From contig JBDKLC010000005.1 of assembly GCA_039795775.1 (NCBI GenBank), forward strand, positions 185,624 through 249,623: 64,000 nucleotides of DNA, read 5' to 3'. A program made the position numbers and the translations under genes. Below, piece by piece: positions 37,496-47,602 of the stretch. Each line of letters begins with the position of its first letter. The stretch's first letter is position 1. Under the pieces are notes generated by a model that searched no databases, had not been told where the DNA came from, and was given only the letters and a program-made list of their open reading frames with translations. This DNA is from Candidatus Parcubacteria bacterium (GTDB lineage: Bacteria > Patescibacteriota > Minisyncoccia > Phycocordibacterales > CAIZLB01).

Positions 37496-38213
37496 TAGAA
37501 AAAGAAAATCAAATAATAGCGACATTGCAAAAGCATCAATTGTCGTTGTTATTCTTATTATTGTTTTCTATGCACTTTCAGGTCCAATTTCTGATGGCCT
37601 TCGCTGGATTCAAAGTTCAATAGCTCAAACATTTGGACGTACCAGTACTATTGTTCGAGACGAAGCTGATAACGCTCTCATCAAAAGTCTTGAAGCTGAA
37701 AATACACAACTCAAAGAACTCATTGGACGAAAAGTTGCATCTGAGCCAGTTATTTTGGCAGCTGTAGTAGTTCATCCACCAAAAAGTCCGTACGACACTA
37801 TCGTTGTGGATGCTGGAGAGTCTCAGGGAGTAAAAAAAGACATGGTTGTATTTGGTGAACTTCAATACGCAATCGGTCGAGTAACAGATGTTCGTACAAA
37901 CTCATCTGTCATTACACTTTTCTCATCATCAAATCAAAAAGAAACTGTCATCATTGGTACAAGTACAAGTGGTAGTAGTACAGAAGCTATTGCAGAAGGA
38001 AGAGGAGGAGGAAATTTTTATATAAAGCTTCCGCGAAATGTTGAAGTCGCTGTTGGTGATCCTATTGTATGGCCGGCGTCATCAATCGTGCTTCTTGGTG
38101 CAGTAGAAAAAGTAGATGCAGATAAAGGTGGCACATATGCACATATCTACTTCAAGAGTCCTATTAATATTCAATCGCTTCGATATGTCCAAATCAAAGA
38201 ACAGCTTTACTAG
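37473..38213 (+). CDS. mreC: Rod shape-determining protein MreC
   Basis: TM, short coiled coil (LEAENTQLKELIGR), IVVDAGESQGV; position after mreB. Confidence 0.88.
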   Translation: MNYLRLDNRKRKSNNSDIAKASIVVVILIIVFYALSGPISDGLRWIQSSIAQTFGRTSTIVRDEADNALIKSLEAENTQLKELIGRKVASEPVILAAVVVHPPKSPYDTIVVDAGESQGVKKDMVVFGELQYAIGRVTDVRTNSSVITLFSSSNQKETVIIGTSTSGSSTEAIAEGRGGGNFYIKLPRNVEVAVGDPIVWPASSIVLLGAVEKVDADKGGTYAHIYFKSPINIQSLRYVQIKEQLY

Positions 38214-38469
38214 GCTTTATCTCAACATAGGCGTTCTCGTGGCTCTCTTTTTCTTGCCATGGTGGGTGTCGTTGGTAGCTGGCATGATCGCTATGCGATG
38301 GTTCAACTACTACGAGCTCATAGGTATTGGCTTTGTGCTTGATCTACTCTATGGCAGTAGTGTTATTTGGAAAGACCATTATCTCTATCCGCCACTCTTT
38401 TTTATGTGGTTGAGCTTCGCATATTTTGTTGCTTTCCAGCTCATCAAAAAGAGAGTAAGATTGCACTAA
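38185..38469 (+). CDS. Small membrane protein in the MreD position
   Basis: 94 aa, about 3 TM, GFVLDLLYG motif; lies between mreC and pbp2. Confidence 0.6.
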   Translation: MSKSKNSFTRLYLNIGVLVALFFLPWWVSLVAGMIAMRWFNYYELIGIGFVLDLLYGSSVIWKDHYLYPPLFFMWLSFAYFVAFQLIKKRVRLH

Positions 38470-40154
38470 TGCGAAGGCTTAAGTTACGTTCACATCATGA
38501 GATTGCACCAGATGAAATATTCCTGGACTCATCAAACATACCTGAGTTTGATCGAAATCAGTTTGAAGGACGTATCGAAAAAACTATTTCTCGAAGAACT
38601 TTGTATATTACAGGTACCTTCTTTTTAGCAATCGGTTGTTTTTTCCTCTTTAAAATTTCCGCTCTTCAAATTGCACAAGGAGACAAGTATCAGGCTATTT
38701 CAGAAAACAATACACTTCACCACAGTTTGATTTTCTCTGAGCGTGGAGCAATCACAGACAGAAACGGAAAGCTTCTGGCCTGGGATACTATTGATCCAAA
38801 TCAAACAGACTATTCACTTCGTGCATATATCAAAGAGCCTGGTATTAACAATCTTCTCGGATATGTGAAATATCCGAAGAAAGATAAATACGGCTTCTAC
38901 TACAACACTGATTACAACGGCGCAGATGGTATTGAACAATACTTCAACGGCGTGTTGAGTGGTGAGAGTGGTTTGAAAATAAACGAGACAGATGCGCTTG
39001 GGCACAAAGTATCAGAAAGTATGATTCGTCCTGCAAAGAAAGGTGATAACTTGGCGTTGTCTATAGATCTTCGTCTTCAAAAAGCAATGTTCCAAGCAAT
39101 CAAGAACACTGCTGATAGTTCAGGATTCAAAGGGGGAGCGGGAGTCATCATGGATGTAAATACGGGTGAAGTGCTCGCATCAGTTACATATCCTGAATAC
39201 GATTCAAATATTCTTACAGATGGTAAAGATACAGAAAGTATCAAAGCCATTCTCTCAAATGACAGCAATCCATTTCTCGATAGAGTGACATCTGGATTGT
39301 ACTCACCCGGATCTATTGTGAAGCCGTTTTTTGCACTCGCAGCTCTAGAGGAGCAGATCATTTCTCCTCAAAAAGAAATTGAAAGTACGGGTTCACTCAA
39401 GTTGGCAAATCCATACCGACCAGGCGAATTTAGCGTTTTTAACGACTGGAAAGCTCACGGGTGGACCGATATGCGAAAAGCTATCGCCGTCTCGTCAGAC
39501 GTCTATTTTTACCAAATTGGAGGGGGTTTTACGGGTCAGCAAGGACTGGGTATAGAGCGTATCGATAAGTACTCAAAAATGTTTGGTTTTTCTACTGTGA
39601 TTGAGAATAGTTTCTTCACTGGAAAGAAAGGAAATATTCCAACACCTGAATGGAAAAAAGAGACATTCGGTGGCGATATCTGGAGAGTAGGAGATACCTA
39701 CAACACGTCTATTGGTCAGTACGGATTCCAAGTGACTCCAATACAAGCTGTACGAGCTGTTGCTGCTCTTGCCAATGGTGGAAAACTCCTCGAACCAACC
39801 ATCCAGCTCGAAGACAAAGCTGCTATTGGTCGGGCCACAACCGTCAGCGTTCAAAATCCTGAATATTATAAGGTGATTCGAGAGGGAATGCGTATGACTG
39901 TGACAGATGGTACTGCCCAGTCTATAAACGTTCCTTATGTGAATGTTGCTGCAAAGACAGGTACTGCACAGGTGGGTACTCGTAATCAGTACATCAACTC
40001 GTGGGTAGTTGGATTTTTCCCATATGATAAGCCAAAATATGCCTTTGCACTGCTCCTCGAGCGAGGTCCAAACAGTATTACGGTGGGAGCTTCTCCAGCC
40101 TTCCGATTTTTCCTTGATTCAGTGAATTTGACCGCCAACGAATACTTCCAATAA
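38469..40154 (+). CDS. mrdA: Penicillin-binding protein 2 (class B)
   Basis: SPGSIVKP (SxxK), SSDVYFY, AKTGTAQ motifs; start ATG 38469. Confidence 0.92.
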   Translation: MRRLKLRSHHEIAPDEIFLDSSNIPEFDRNQFEGRIEKTISRRTLYITGTFFLAIGCFFLFKISALQIAQGDKYQAISENNTLHHSLIFSERGAITDRNGKLLAWDTIDPNQTDYSLRAYIKEPGINNLLGYVKYPKKDKYGFYYNTDYNGADGIEQYFNGVLSGESGLKINETDALGHKVSESMIRPAKKGDNLALSIDLRLQKAMFQAIKNTADSSGFKGGAGVIMDVNTGEVLASVTYPEYDSNILTDGKDTESIKAILSNDSNPFLDRVTSGLYSPGSIVKPFFALAALEEQIISPQKEIESTGSLKLANPYRPGEFSVFNDWKAHGWTDMRKAIAVSSDVYFYQIGGGFTGQQGLGIERIDKYSKMFGFSTVIENSFFTGKKGNIPTPEWKKETFGGDIWRVGDTYNTSIGQYGFQVTPIQAVRAVAALANGGKLLEPTIQLEDKAAIGRATTVSVQNPEYYKVIREGMRMTVTDGTAQSINVPYVNVAAKTGTAQVGTRNQYINSWVVGFFPYDKPKYAFALLLERGPNSITVGASPAFRFFLDSVNLTANEYFQ

Positions 40155-40271
40155 GACAGAAGGGTAAAACAATAGACAACAGGATGTGTGCAGGCGAAAC
40201 TGGACTTTTTAGTCATTTTGATGTATCTTTGTTGTCTTAGACAGCTTAAAAATATACTTTTTCGCAAACAC

Positions 40272-40736
40272 ATGGCAGCAAAAGAATATCTCACAAAAGA
40301 AAAGCACAAAGAGCTCACAATCGAATTGGAGCATCTTAAGACTGTTCGACGAAAGGAAATCGCAGAAGAATTGGAATTCGCCAAGTCCCTCGGTGATCTC
40401 TCCGAAAATGCTGAATATCACGAAGCTCGAGAAGCTCAGGCTGCTCTTGAGGATCGTATTTCTCAACTCGAATCTATTCTTTCAACTGCTGAAATTGTGA
40501 AGGTACACCACAGTAACACTGTGGAAATTGGATCAAAGGTACATGTGAAGAAAACTGGCGATAAGATTGAAAAAATCTACGTTATCGTTGGTTCAGAAGA
40601 AGCAGATATGGCAGCTGGAAAAATCTCATTTAAATCACCACTTGGTGAAGCTATGCTCGGAAAGAAGAAAGGTGACGAATTTACATTCAAATCTCCAGTT
40701 GGAGTGATGAAGTATACAATCGTCTCAATCGAATAA
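40272..40736 (+). CDS. greA: Transcription elongation factor GreA
   Basis: GDLSENAEY, ISFKSPLG motifs. Confidence 0.96.
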   Translation: MAAKEYLTKEKHKELTIELEHLKTVRRKEIAEELEFAKSLGDLSENAEYHEAREAQAALEDRISQLESILSTAEIVKVHHSNTVEIGSKVHVKKTGDKIEKIYVIVGSEEADMAAGKISFKSPLGEAMLGKKKGDEFTFKSPVGVMKYTIVSIE

Positions 40737-40746
40737 CACTCCATAT

Positions 40747-40836
40747 CATATCTAGTTGCTTCCTACGCGTTCTGGCCTGCTGGCCAGCCGCTCTGCTCGG
40801 TCCGTCGACCTACGCAAGAGTCATCAACTAGATATG
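40747..40836. repeat. 90-bp palindromic element with 12-bp terminal inverted repeats
   Basis: catatctagttg ... caactagatatg around a GC-rich core containing ctggcc-tgct-ggccag. Confidence 0.6.
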
Positions 40837-40879
40837 CTATTATGTCAGGTATCATTACTTGCATTCATACATATAATTC

Positions 40880-42808
40880 ATGGCATCACTCGAAGAACTA
40901 CGAGAGGTTCGGTTACAAAAACTTCAACTATTAAAAGACAAAGGGATTGATCCATATCCTGCGGTTTCAACTATTACCTCTACGGTTGCAGAAGCAATAA
41001 AAAACTTTGATACACTCGCATCAGAAGTGAAGTCTCTTGTTCTTGGTGGCCGAATTATGTCACTTCGATCTCAGGGTGCAATTACATTCTTCAACTTTTT
41101 TGATGGTACAGGTACATTCCAAGCGCTCCTCAAAAATGATGACACCATCGATCAATCTACAAAAGACTCATTTGAATTATTTAGTAAAGTAACTGACATC
41201 GGTGACTTCGTAGAAGTGACAGGTACACTTTTTGTTACAAAGACAGGTCAGCAGACTATTCAGGTGACAAACTGGCGAATGCTCGCAAAAAGTCTTCGAC
41301 CACTTCCAGAAAAATGGCACGGTCTTCAGGATGTAGAAGAACGATACCGAAAGCGATATCTCGACATTCTCACAAACCCAGAGCTCCGAGATCTTTTTGA
41401 AAAGAAATCAAAATTCTGGGATGTCACACGAAATTTTTTGAAATCAAAAGGCTTTCTTGAAGTTGAGACTCCAACTCTCGAAGTAACAACAGGAGGCGCT
41501 GAAGCTAACCCATTTAAAACACACCACAACGACTATGACATGCCGGTGTATCTTCGAATTTCAGTAGGAGAATTGTGGCAGAAACGACTCATGGCTGCAG
41601 GTTTTCCAAAGACATTTGAAATTGGACGACTCTATCGAAATGAAGGCTCAAGTCCAGAACACCTTCAGGAATTTACAAACATGGAATTCTATTGGGGATA
41701 CGCAAACTTCGAAGACGGCATGAATCTTGTACAAGAAATGTACACAACTATTGCTCAAGAAGTATTTGGTACTACAAAGTTCACAACTCGTGGTCATACA
41801 TTCGACCTTGCAGATGAATGGAAGATTGTTGATTACAAAGATGAAATCAAACGACAGACAGGTGTAGATATTATTACTGCATCAGACAAAGAGATCACCG
41901 CAAAACTCGATGAACTCGGTGTGAAATATGACGGTACAAACAGAGAACGACTTACAGATACGCTCTGGAAATACTGCCGAAAGGGAATTGCTGGTCCTGC
42001 GTTCCTCATCAACCATCCAAAACTCGTTGCACCACTTGCAAAAGCAAATCCAAACGATCCGACAACTGTGCAGCGATTCCAGCCTATTCTCGCAGGAAGT
42101 GAAGTGGGCAACGGATACTCTGAACTCAACGATCCAATCGATCAGCGACAGCGATTTGAATTACAACAGAAACTCATCGAATCAGGTGATGAAGAAGCGA
42201 TGATGCCAGAATGGGAATTCGTTGACATGCTCGAGCACGGTATGCCACCAACATGTGGATTCGGATTCGGCGAACGACTCTTTGCATTCTTTGTAGATAA
42301 GCCTGTACGAGAAACTCAACTCTTCCCACTTATGAAGCCAGAAGACGCTGAAGGATCAGCAGGCAAAAAGTCTAAAGATAAAGATACAAAAGTTGCGGTA
42401 GCAGTAATCAACAAGGGCAGTAAGCTCGAAGCGTGGCAAGAACTCAATACTATTGGGCATCTTTCGGCTGCCTTTGGTGCACGAACAGGCAAAAATCTTT
42501 TCTCACAGCCTCACATTACGACAAAAGACGGCCAGCACATCAATCTCAATATTCAGCATGCAATTGTCATCAAAGAAGCACATGCAACAGCTGACCTCAA
42601 AACACTCGTCGCACATGCAAAGAAAGCAGGACTCATCATTGAAGAATTTACTCGAGAAATGATTGAGACAACAAACGATAAAAAAGTTGCAGCTAAGACA
42701 AAAGAAAAAAATCACGAAGAAATTGAATATCTCGGTGTACTTGTCTTTGGTCCAAAATCTTCAGTAGATGAATTCACATCATCATTTGCGCTTTATAGTG
42801 GAAAGTAG
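40880..42808 (+). CDS. lysS: Lysine--tRNA ligase (class II) with C-terminal DUF2000-like extension
   Basis: PLPEKWHGL, YRNEG, GYSELNDP, GFGERL, LFPLMK, then about 140 extra residues. Confidence 0.95.
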   Translation: MASLEELREVRLQKLQLLKDKGIDPYPAVSTITSTVAEAIKNFDTLASEVKSLVLGGRIMSLRSQGAITFFNFFDGTGTFQALLKNDDTIDQSTKDSFELFSKVTDIGDFVEVTGTLFVTKTGQQTIQVTNWRMLAKSLRPLPEKWHGLQDVEERYRKRYLDILTNPELRDLFEKKSKFWDVTRNFLKSKGFLEVETPTLEVTTGGAEANPFKTHHNDYDMPVYLRISVGELWQKRLMAAGFPKTFEIGRLYRNEGSSPEHLQEFTNMEFYWGYANFEDGMNLVQEMYTTIAQEVFGTTKFTTRGHTFDLADEWKIVDYKDEIKRQTGVDIITASDKEITAKLDELGVKYDGTNRERLTDTLWKYCRKGIAGPAFLINHPKLVAPLAKANPNDPTTVQRFQPILAGSEVGNGYSELNDPIDQRQRFELQQKLIESGDEEAMMPEWEFVDMLEHGMPPTCGFGFGERLFAFFVDKPVRETQLFPLMKPEDAEGSAGKKSKDKDTKVAVAVINKGSKLEAWQELNTIGHLSAAFGARTGKNLFSQPHITTKDGQHINLNIQHAIVIKEAHATADLKTLVAHAKKAGLIIEEFTREMIETTNDKKVAAKTKEKNHEEIEYLGVLVFGPKSSVDEFTSSFALYSGK

Positions 42809-42868
42809 TGTGGTGCGTGTTTATTTGACGCTGTCTAAGGAATAGGTAGAATTTGGGACAGGCTAGTC

Positions 42869-43408
42869 ATGACGCAAAAACAACCTAGTTCGTGTCACCA
42901 TCTGAATGGCCACAGTATCACTGGAGAAGATGCACAACATCTCCTTCGGCCTCTTTGGGAATTCCCAGTCCACTTACAACAAGATGCAAGTTTGAATCGT
43001 TGCCCAACCCGCACTATTCGTTTCTGGCCTGATGACCTCACGCCGGAGAACTTTCGCTCTGAATTGGAATCTGGAGAATATGTAGTTGAAGTGTATGAAG
43101 TCCTCGACGCTGTATCAAACGATCAGCTTGTTGATATCGGTCTTAAACGGGGAAAAGTTATGCCAGGTTCACTTGGCCTCGCTTGTCTCTGTCATCCCGA
43201 TCATGCGGAAAAACTCCCGCAGGGTCTCATCGTAAGTCCACATGCAGAGTCTCAACGTTTCTTCTCAGGAAGACGCGAAAAGACGCCGCTACGCCTTATG
43301 GCAGCTCACTACGAACCTGTTGTCTTCGAGTTCTCACTCGTGGCCAACACCAAATTGATCACTGTCGGCACGTACGTGATTTACTACAGGATTCTAACCC
43401 AATCCTGA
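42869..43408 (+). CDS. Hypothetical protein (orphan)
   Basis: 179-aa ORF; TTGACG-N16-TAGAAT upstream; hairpin at about 43472-43502. Confidence 0.6.
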   Translation: MTQKQPSSCHHLNGHSITGEDAQHLLRPLWEFPVHLQQDASLNRCPTRTIRFWPDDLTPENFRSELESGEYVVEVYEVLDAVSNDQLVDIGLKRGKVMPGSLGLACLCHPDHAEKLPQGLIVSPHAESQRFFSGRREKTPLRLMAAHYEPVVFEFSLVANTKLITVGTYVIYYRILTQS

Positions 43409-43601
43409 ACAATCACGGCACGTTGTGAAGTCTTTGTCCCAACACTGACTTCTGTAACCTGAACTTCCACGGCTCCCGCCGGCATCACTGCCTGCGGGAG
43501 CTTTCACTTTGTCTCAATTTCCCTCGGAAATGAGGCTTTTTTTGATGTTTCGTCAAAACAACCTCTATACAAAAAACCAAACCTATTTCGTACTTGGTAA
43601 A

Positions 43602-43610
43602 TGTGGATAA
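43602..43610 (-). promoter_or_regulatory. Perfect DnaA box upstream of mraZ
   Basis: tgtggataa is the reverse complement of TTATCCACA; single copy. Confidence 0.45.
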
Positions 43611-43632
43611 AAAGGTATCAAAGTGTTTGCGA

Positions 43633-43677
43633 GTGGGAGAGCAGTGGTATAAAATGTAATCAAGTGGGATGAAGTGG
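43633..43677 (+). promoter_or_regulatory. MraZ-binding direct repeats
   Basis: GTGG(G) at 43633, 43644, 43664 and 43674, on a 10-11 bp phase upstream of mraZ. Confidence 0.7.
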
Positions 43678-43723
43678 TAAAGAAAAAGAAAGTAGTGTAA
43701 GGTAGGTAGTAACGTCCAAATAT

Positions 43724-44158
43724 ATGCTGATCGGCGAATATACTCATACACTCGATGAAAAGAAACGACTCTCGCTCCCTTCTAAATTTAGAAAGGAACT
43801 CGGGAAGACAATTGTAGTGACACATGGTCTCGACAACTGTTTGTTTCTCTACACAGTGAAAGAGTGGTCAAAGATCTCAGAAAAACTTGGCAACCTATCT
43901 ATGGGTCAGGCAGATACACGAGGTTTCAATCGAATTATGCTTGCCGGAGCTGTGGAGCTCGAAGTTGATTCAATCGGTCGAGTGTTACTTCCTGAATTTC
44001 TTAGAGATTTCGCTTCTCTCACGTCAAAGGCCGTATTCGCAGGTGTTCACAGTAGAGTGGAAATCTGGGATGAAGCTAAATGGAAGGAATACAAGACAAA
44101 GGTTTTGAAGCAAGCAGATCAGTTGGCACAGAAGCTTGGCGAAATCGGCGTTATCTAA
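43724..44158 (+). CDS. mraZ: Division/cell wall cluster transcriptional repressor MraZ
   Basis: GEYTHTLDEKKRLSLPSKFR, DSIGRVLLP motifs. Confidence 0.96.
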   Translation: MLIGEYTHTLDEKKRLSLPSKFRKELGKTIVVTHGLDNCLFLYTVKEWSKISEKLGNLSMGQADTRGFNRIMLAGAVELEVDSIGRVLLPEFLRDFASLTSKAVFAGVHSRVEIWDEAKWKEYKTKVLKQADQLAQKLGEIGVI

Positions 44159-44182
44159 TCCATCTATTTAATACTCATCTTT

Positions 44183-45106
44183 ATGCGACATACGCCAGTT
44201 CTTTTACAAGAAGTGATCAGTGAGGCAGGTCTTACACCAAAGAGCGTCTTTGTCGACTGCAACTTGGGGGACGGTGGCCACACACAAGCAGTGATCGAAC
44301 ATATGCATGGAAAAGTATCAGTTGTGGGAATTGATCTTGACCAAGATGCAATCGATCGAGCTACGGAGAACATCTTTTCATCAAAAGACGTCCAGAAAAG
44401 TGGGTTTAAGAAAGAGCAATTGTTCTTTTTTAGAAAAAATTTCAGACATCTTAAGGAAATGTATGCTTCTACCGGCTTGGATAATGCACAAGCAGTATTG
44501 TTTGACCTTGGAATCAGTTCATATGAGCTCCAAGAGTCGGGAAGGGGGTTTAGCTTTTTGAAAGAAGAACCACTTTCTATGATGTTCGGTACAAAAGAAG
44601 ATCATCATTTTACTGCGTATGACATTATCAACACTTGGGATGAAGAAAATATTCGAACAATAATTCAAGCCTATGGCGAAGATAAATTCGCCCTTCGAAT
44701 TGCTCGAGCACTCGTTGAACAGAGAGAACACAAGCCGATTCTCACTACTTCACAGCTCGCAGACATTGTTAAACATGCGGTACCAAGTTTTGCACGATTT
44801 GGCCGCATCCATCCAGCCACCAAAACCTTTCAGGCCCTACGAATTGCAGTCAACGACGAATTACGCTCTATCGAGGATGCGCTACCACAAGCTTTTGATA
44901 TTTTGAAAAAAGGTGGACGATTACTCGTTATCTCATATCACAGTCTCGAAGATAGAATCGCAAAACGATTTTGCAAGAGACTTGTGGCAGAAGATAAGGC
45001 CGTAGAACTTTCCAAAAAGCCGATCACTCCTTGTACTGAGGAACTGGAGAAAAATCCACGATCTCGAAGCGCAAAACTTCGAATTATCGAGAAACTCACA
45101 GATTAA
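44183..45106 (+). CDS. rsmH: 16S rRNA m4C1402 methyltransferase
   Basis: HTPVLL, GDGGH, DLGISS, HPATKTFQALRIAVN, NPRSRSAKLR motifs. Confidence 0.96.
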   Translation: MRHTPVLLQEVISEAGLTPKSVFVDCNLGDGGHTQAVIEHMHGKVSVVGIDLDQDAIDRATENIFSSKDVQKSGFKKEQLFFFRKNFRHLKEMYASTGLDNAQAVLFDLGISSYELQESGRGFSFLKEEPLSMMFGTKEDHHFTAYDIINTWDEENIRTIIQAYGEDKFALRIARALVEQREHKPILTTSQLADIVKHAVPSFARFGRIHPATKTFQALRIAVNDELRSIEDALPQAFDILKKGGRLLVISYHSLEDRIAKRFCKRLVAEDKAVELSKKPITPCTEELEKNPRSRSAKLRIIEKLTD

Positions 45107-45143
45107 ACAACCATTACAAAGCACATTAGTTAGAGTACATTCA

Positions 45144-45461
45144 ATGAAAACAGCAGCAATCGCAATCAAATCAATAGAAAAGACATCAGCCGTAATCTTT
45201 TGGGCGCAGGTAGGCCTTATTGTGGCTATGATTTCAATGTATATGTACTTGGTAAACAAGACAGTGTGGAATGTAGTGGCGCGACAGCAGGCAGAATCAT
45301 CAATCGTGAGCCTCAACTCAAAGCTCAGTGATCTCGAATTCCAATACATCACTTCAAAGAACAACATTACTCTTGAAATGGCACAGTCTCTTGGATATGA
45401 GTCAACACACAATACTGTGTTTGTAACACGAGATCAGGCTGCTGCTGTCGCTTTGCGATAA
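45144..45461 (+). CDS. FtsL-like cell division protein
   Basis: TM plus coiled coil ending AQSLGY; positioned between rsmH and the PBP gene. Confidence 0.65.
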   Translation: MKTAAIAIKSIEKTSAVIFWAQVGLIVAMISMYMYLVNKTVWNVVARQQAESSIVSLNSKLSDLEFQYITSKNNITLEMAQSLGYESTHNTVFVTRDQAAAVALR

Positions 45462-45469
45462 TTCCGTTA

Positions 45470-45508
45470 AAAGCCCTCATGTTGGATTTGTCCAGCATGA
45501 GGGTTTTT
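45470..45508 (+). terminator. Intrinsic terminator
   Basis: aagccctcatgttgga ... tccagcatgagggttttt. Confidence 0.75.
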
Positions 45509-45559
45509 AACTGCCAAATTTTTTAAACTGGCTTTCAAATATGATAAAATACTCACACA

Positions 45560-47266
45560 ATGCTTAGAACTCGAATCAGAATTATTTCTCTTGGCTTTCT
45601 CGTATTTGCACTGTTTCTTTTTGTAAAATTGTATTCACTTCAGATCATCCATGCTGATGATTTTGCAGAACGAGCTGACCACCAGTACCAAAGACCTTCA
45701 AACAACTTGTTTAGTCGTGGCACTATTTATTTTCAGGATAAAAATGGCGGGCTCATTTCAGCTGGCTCTATCAAATCCGGCTTTACCATCACCATCAACC
45801 CAAAAGTAGTCCAGAAAGAGGGAATTGATAAGATTTACACAAAGTTGTCTGCCGTGCTCGAATTTGAAAAAGACGACTTTATCCAAAAAGCAAACAAGCA
45901 AAACAGCTCGTACGCTGAAATCAAAAAGCGTGTAGATGAAGACACTGGCAAAAGTATTGCTGCTCTCAAAATTCCAGGGGTAGGAGTGTACAAAGAAAGT
46001 TGGCGATACTATCCAGGCAACTCTCTTGCTGCGCATACACTTGGTTTCCTCGCCTTCAACAAAGAGAACGAATACGGCGGACGATACGGTCTCGAACGAT
46101 ACTACGACCAGACACTCAATCGTGACACAGACAATGTGTACGTGAACTTCTTCGCTGAAATCTTTTCTAATTTTAAAAAGAAAGTGATTGAAGGTGACGA
46201 CCTTGCGGGAGACATTGTCACAACAATCGAGCCAACAACACAGTCATATCTCGAAACAACGCTCAAGGGCATCATGACACGGTATTCATCGCAGAGTGCC
46301 GGGGCTATTATCATGGACCCAAAGACGGGCGAAATTTATGCTATGGCTCTCGCTCCAAGTTTTGATCCAAACAATCTCAAAGAACAAAAAAGTGTAGATA
46401 TTTTTCAAAATGACCTTGTAGAAAACGTGTACGAAATGGGATCTATCATCAAACCGCTCACTATGGCTGTGGGTATTGATACAGGAAAAGTGACTGCACA
46501 ATCTACATACAACGACGAAGGTTCTGTTACCTTGAGTGGCAAGACTATGTACAACTTCGACAAAAAAGGTCGAGGTGTCATCAACTATCAGCTCGCTTTG
46601 GCAAAATCACTCAACACAGGCTTCATTCATATTGCACAGCTTGTGGGGAACGAAACGATGTCTACCTATTTCAAAAAGTTTGCTCTTGGAGAAAAGACAG
46701 GTATCGACCTTCCAAATGAAGGGTCAGGACTCATCAGTACACTCGATAGAAACATCGATGTCGAAATTGCTACAGCGGCATTCGGACAGGGTATTGCTAT
46801 GACGCCTATTGAAACTGCACGTGCTCTTTCAACAATCGCAAACGGCGGATACCTTGTGACTCCGCATGTTGTAAAAAAGGTTGACTATCGAGTGGGCTAC
46901 ACAAAAACAATTGAACCAAAAATAGGCGAGCGAGTGATCAAAGAGTCGACAGCAACAGCAGTGACAGATATGCTCATCAACAACGTCGACACATCACTTC
47001 TTGATGGAAAAGCAAAGAATGCACACTACGCTGTAGCAGCAAAGACAGGGACAGCTCAGATGCGAGGTCCAGGTGGTACATATTATGACGATAGATATCT
47101 TCACTCATTCGTTGGCTTCCTTCCTGCCAAAGAACCACGATTCTTGGTCTTCATGTACACGATCAACCCACGAGGCGTGCAGTATGCGTCAGAAACACTT
47201 GCGCAGCCGTTCATCGACCTCACCAAATTCCTCATCAACTACTATCAGCTACCGCCGGATAGATAG
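45560..47266 (+). CDS. ftsI: FtsI-like class B penicillin-binding protein
   Basis: YEMGSIIKP, SLN, AKTGTAQ motifs; dcw position. Confidence 0.88.
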   Translation: MLRTRIRIISLGFLVFALFLFVKLYSLQIIHADDFAERADHQYQRPSNNLFSRGTIYFQDKNGGLISAGSIKSGFTITINPKVVQKEGIDKIYTKLSAVLEFEKDDFIQKANKQNSSYAEIKKRVDEDTGKSIAALKIPGVGVYKESWRYYPGNSLAAHTLGFLAFNKENEYGGRYGLERYYDQTLNRDTDNVYVNFFAEIFSNFKKKVIEGDDLAGDIVTTIEPTTQSYLETTLKGIMTRYSSQSAGAIIMDPKTGEIYAMALAPSFDPNNLKEQKSVDIFQNDLVENVYEMGSIIKPLTMAVGIDTGKVTAQSTYNDEGSVTLSGKTMYNFDKKGRGVINYQLALAKSLNTGFIHIAQLVGNETMSTYFKKFALGEKTGIDLPNEGSGLISTLDRNIDVEIATAAFGQGIAMTPIETARALSTIANGGYLVTPHVVKKVDYRVGYTKTIEPKIGERVIKESTATAVTDMLINNVDTSLLDGKAKNAHYAVAAKTGTAQMRGPGGTYYDDRYLHSFVGFLPAKEPRFLVFMYTINPRGVQYASETLAQPFIDLTKFLINYYQLPPDR

Positions 47267-47413
47267 TCTGTCAGGAGATTGCCAAGGGGATACTTGTCGA
47301 TATTGTGCTGAAGTCGCTGAAATAGTAGGATAGGCAAGTTGCGGCGGGCGTTCACGTTAGCACTCTCTGAGTGCGGAACAGAACAGTACGACCGTCGCAA
47401 TAGAACAGAAAAC

Positions 47414-47485
47414 GGCCCTATCGTCTAACGGTTAGGACAGAGCCTTCTCAAGGCTTAAATCGGGGTTCGATTCCCCGTGGGGTCA
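47414..47485 (+). tRNA. tRNA-Glu (CTC)
   Basis: GGCCCTATCGTCTAACGGTTAGGACAGAGCCTTCTCAAGGCTTAAATCGGGGTTCGATTCCCCGTGGGGTCA cloverleaf. Confidence 0.96.
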
Positions 47486-47490
47486 TGGTA

Positions 47491-47526
47491 AATAAAAAGC
47501 ACCAGACATGCTGGTGTTTTTTATTT
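47491..47526 (+). terminator. Terminator after tRNA-Glu
   Basis: aataaaaagcaccag-acatg-ctggtgttttttattt. Confidence 0.8.
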
Positions 47527-47602
47527 GCCACATGATCGCCGGGGGCGAGAACCTGTGACCACTTCTCCTGGACGGTGTGACAATTGAGGTATACTGTAAT
47601 GT

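Noticed and set aside
43602-43610. Replication origin
   Set aside because: A single perfect DnaA box with no cluster and no dnaA/dnaN nearby.
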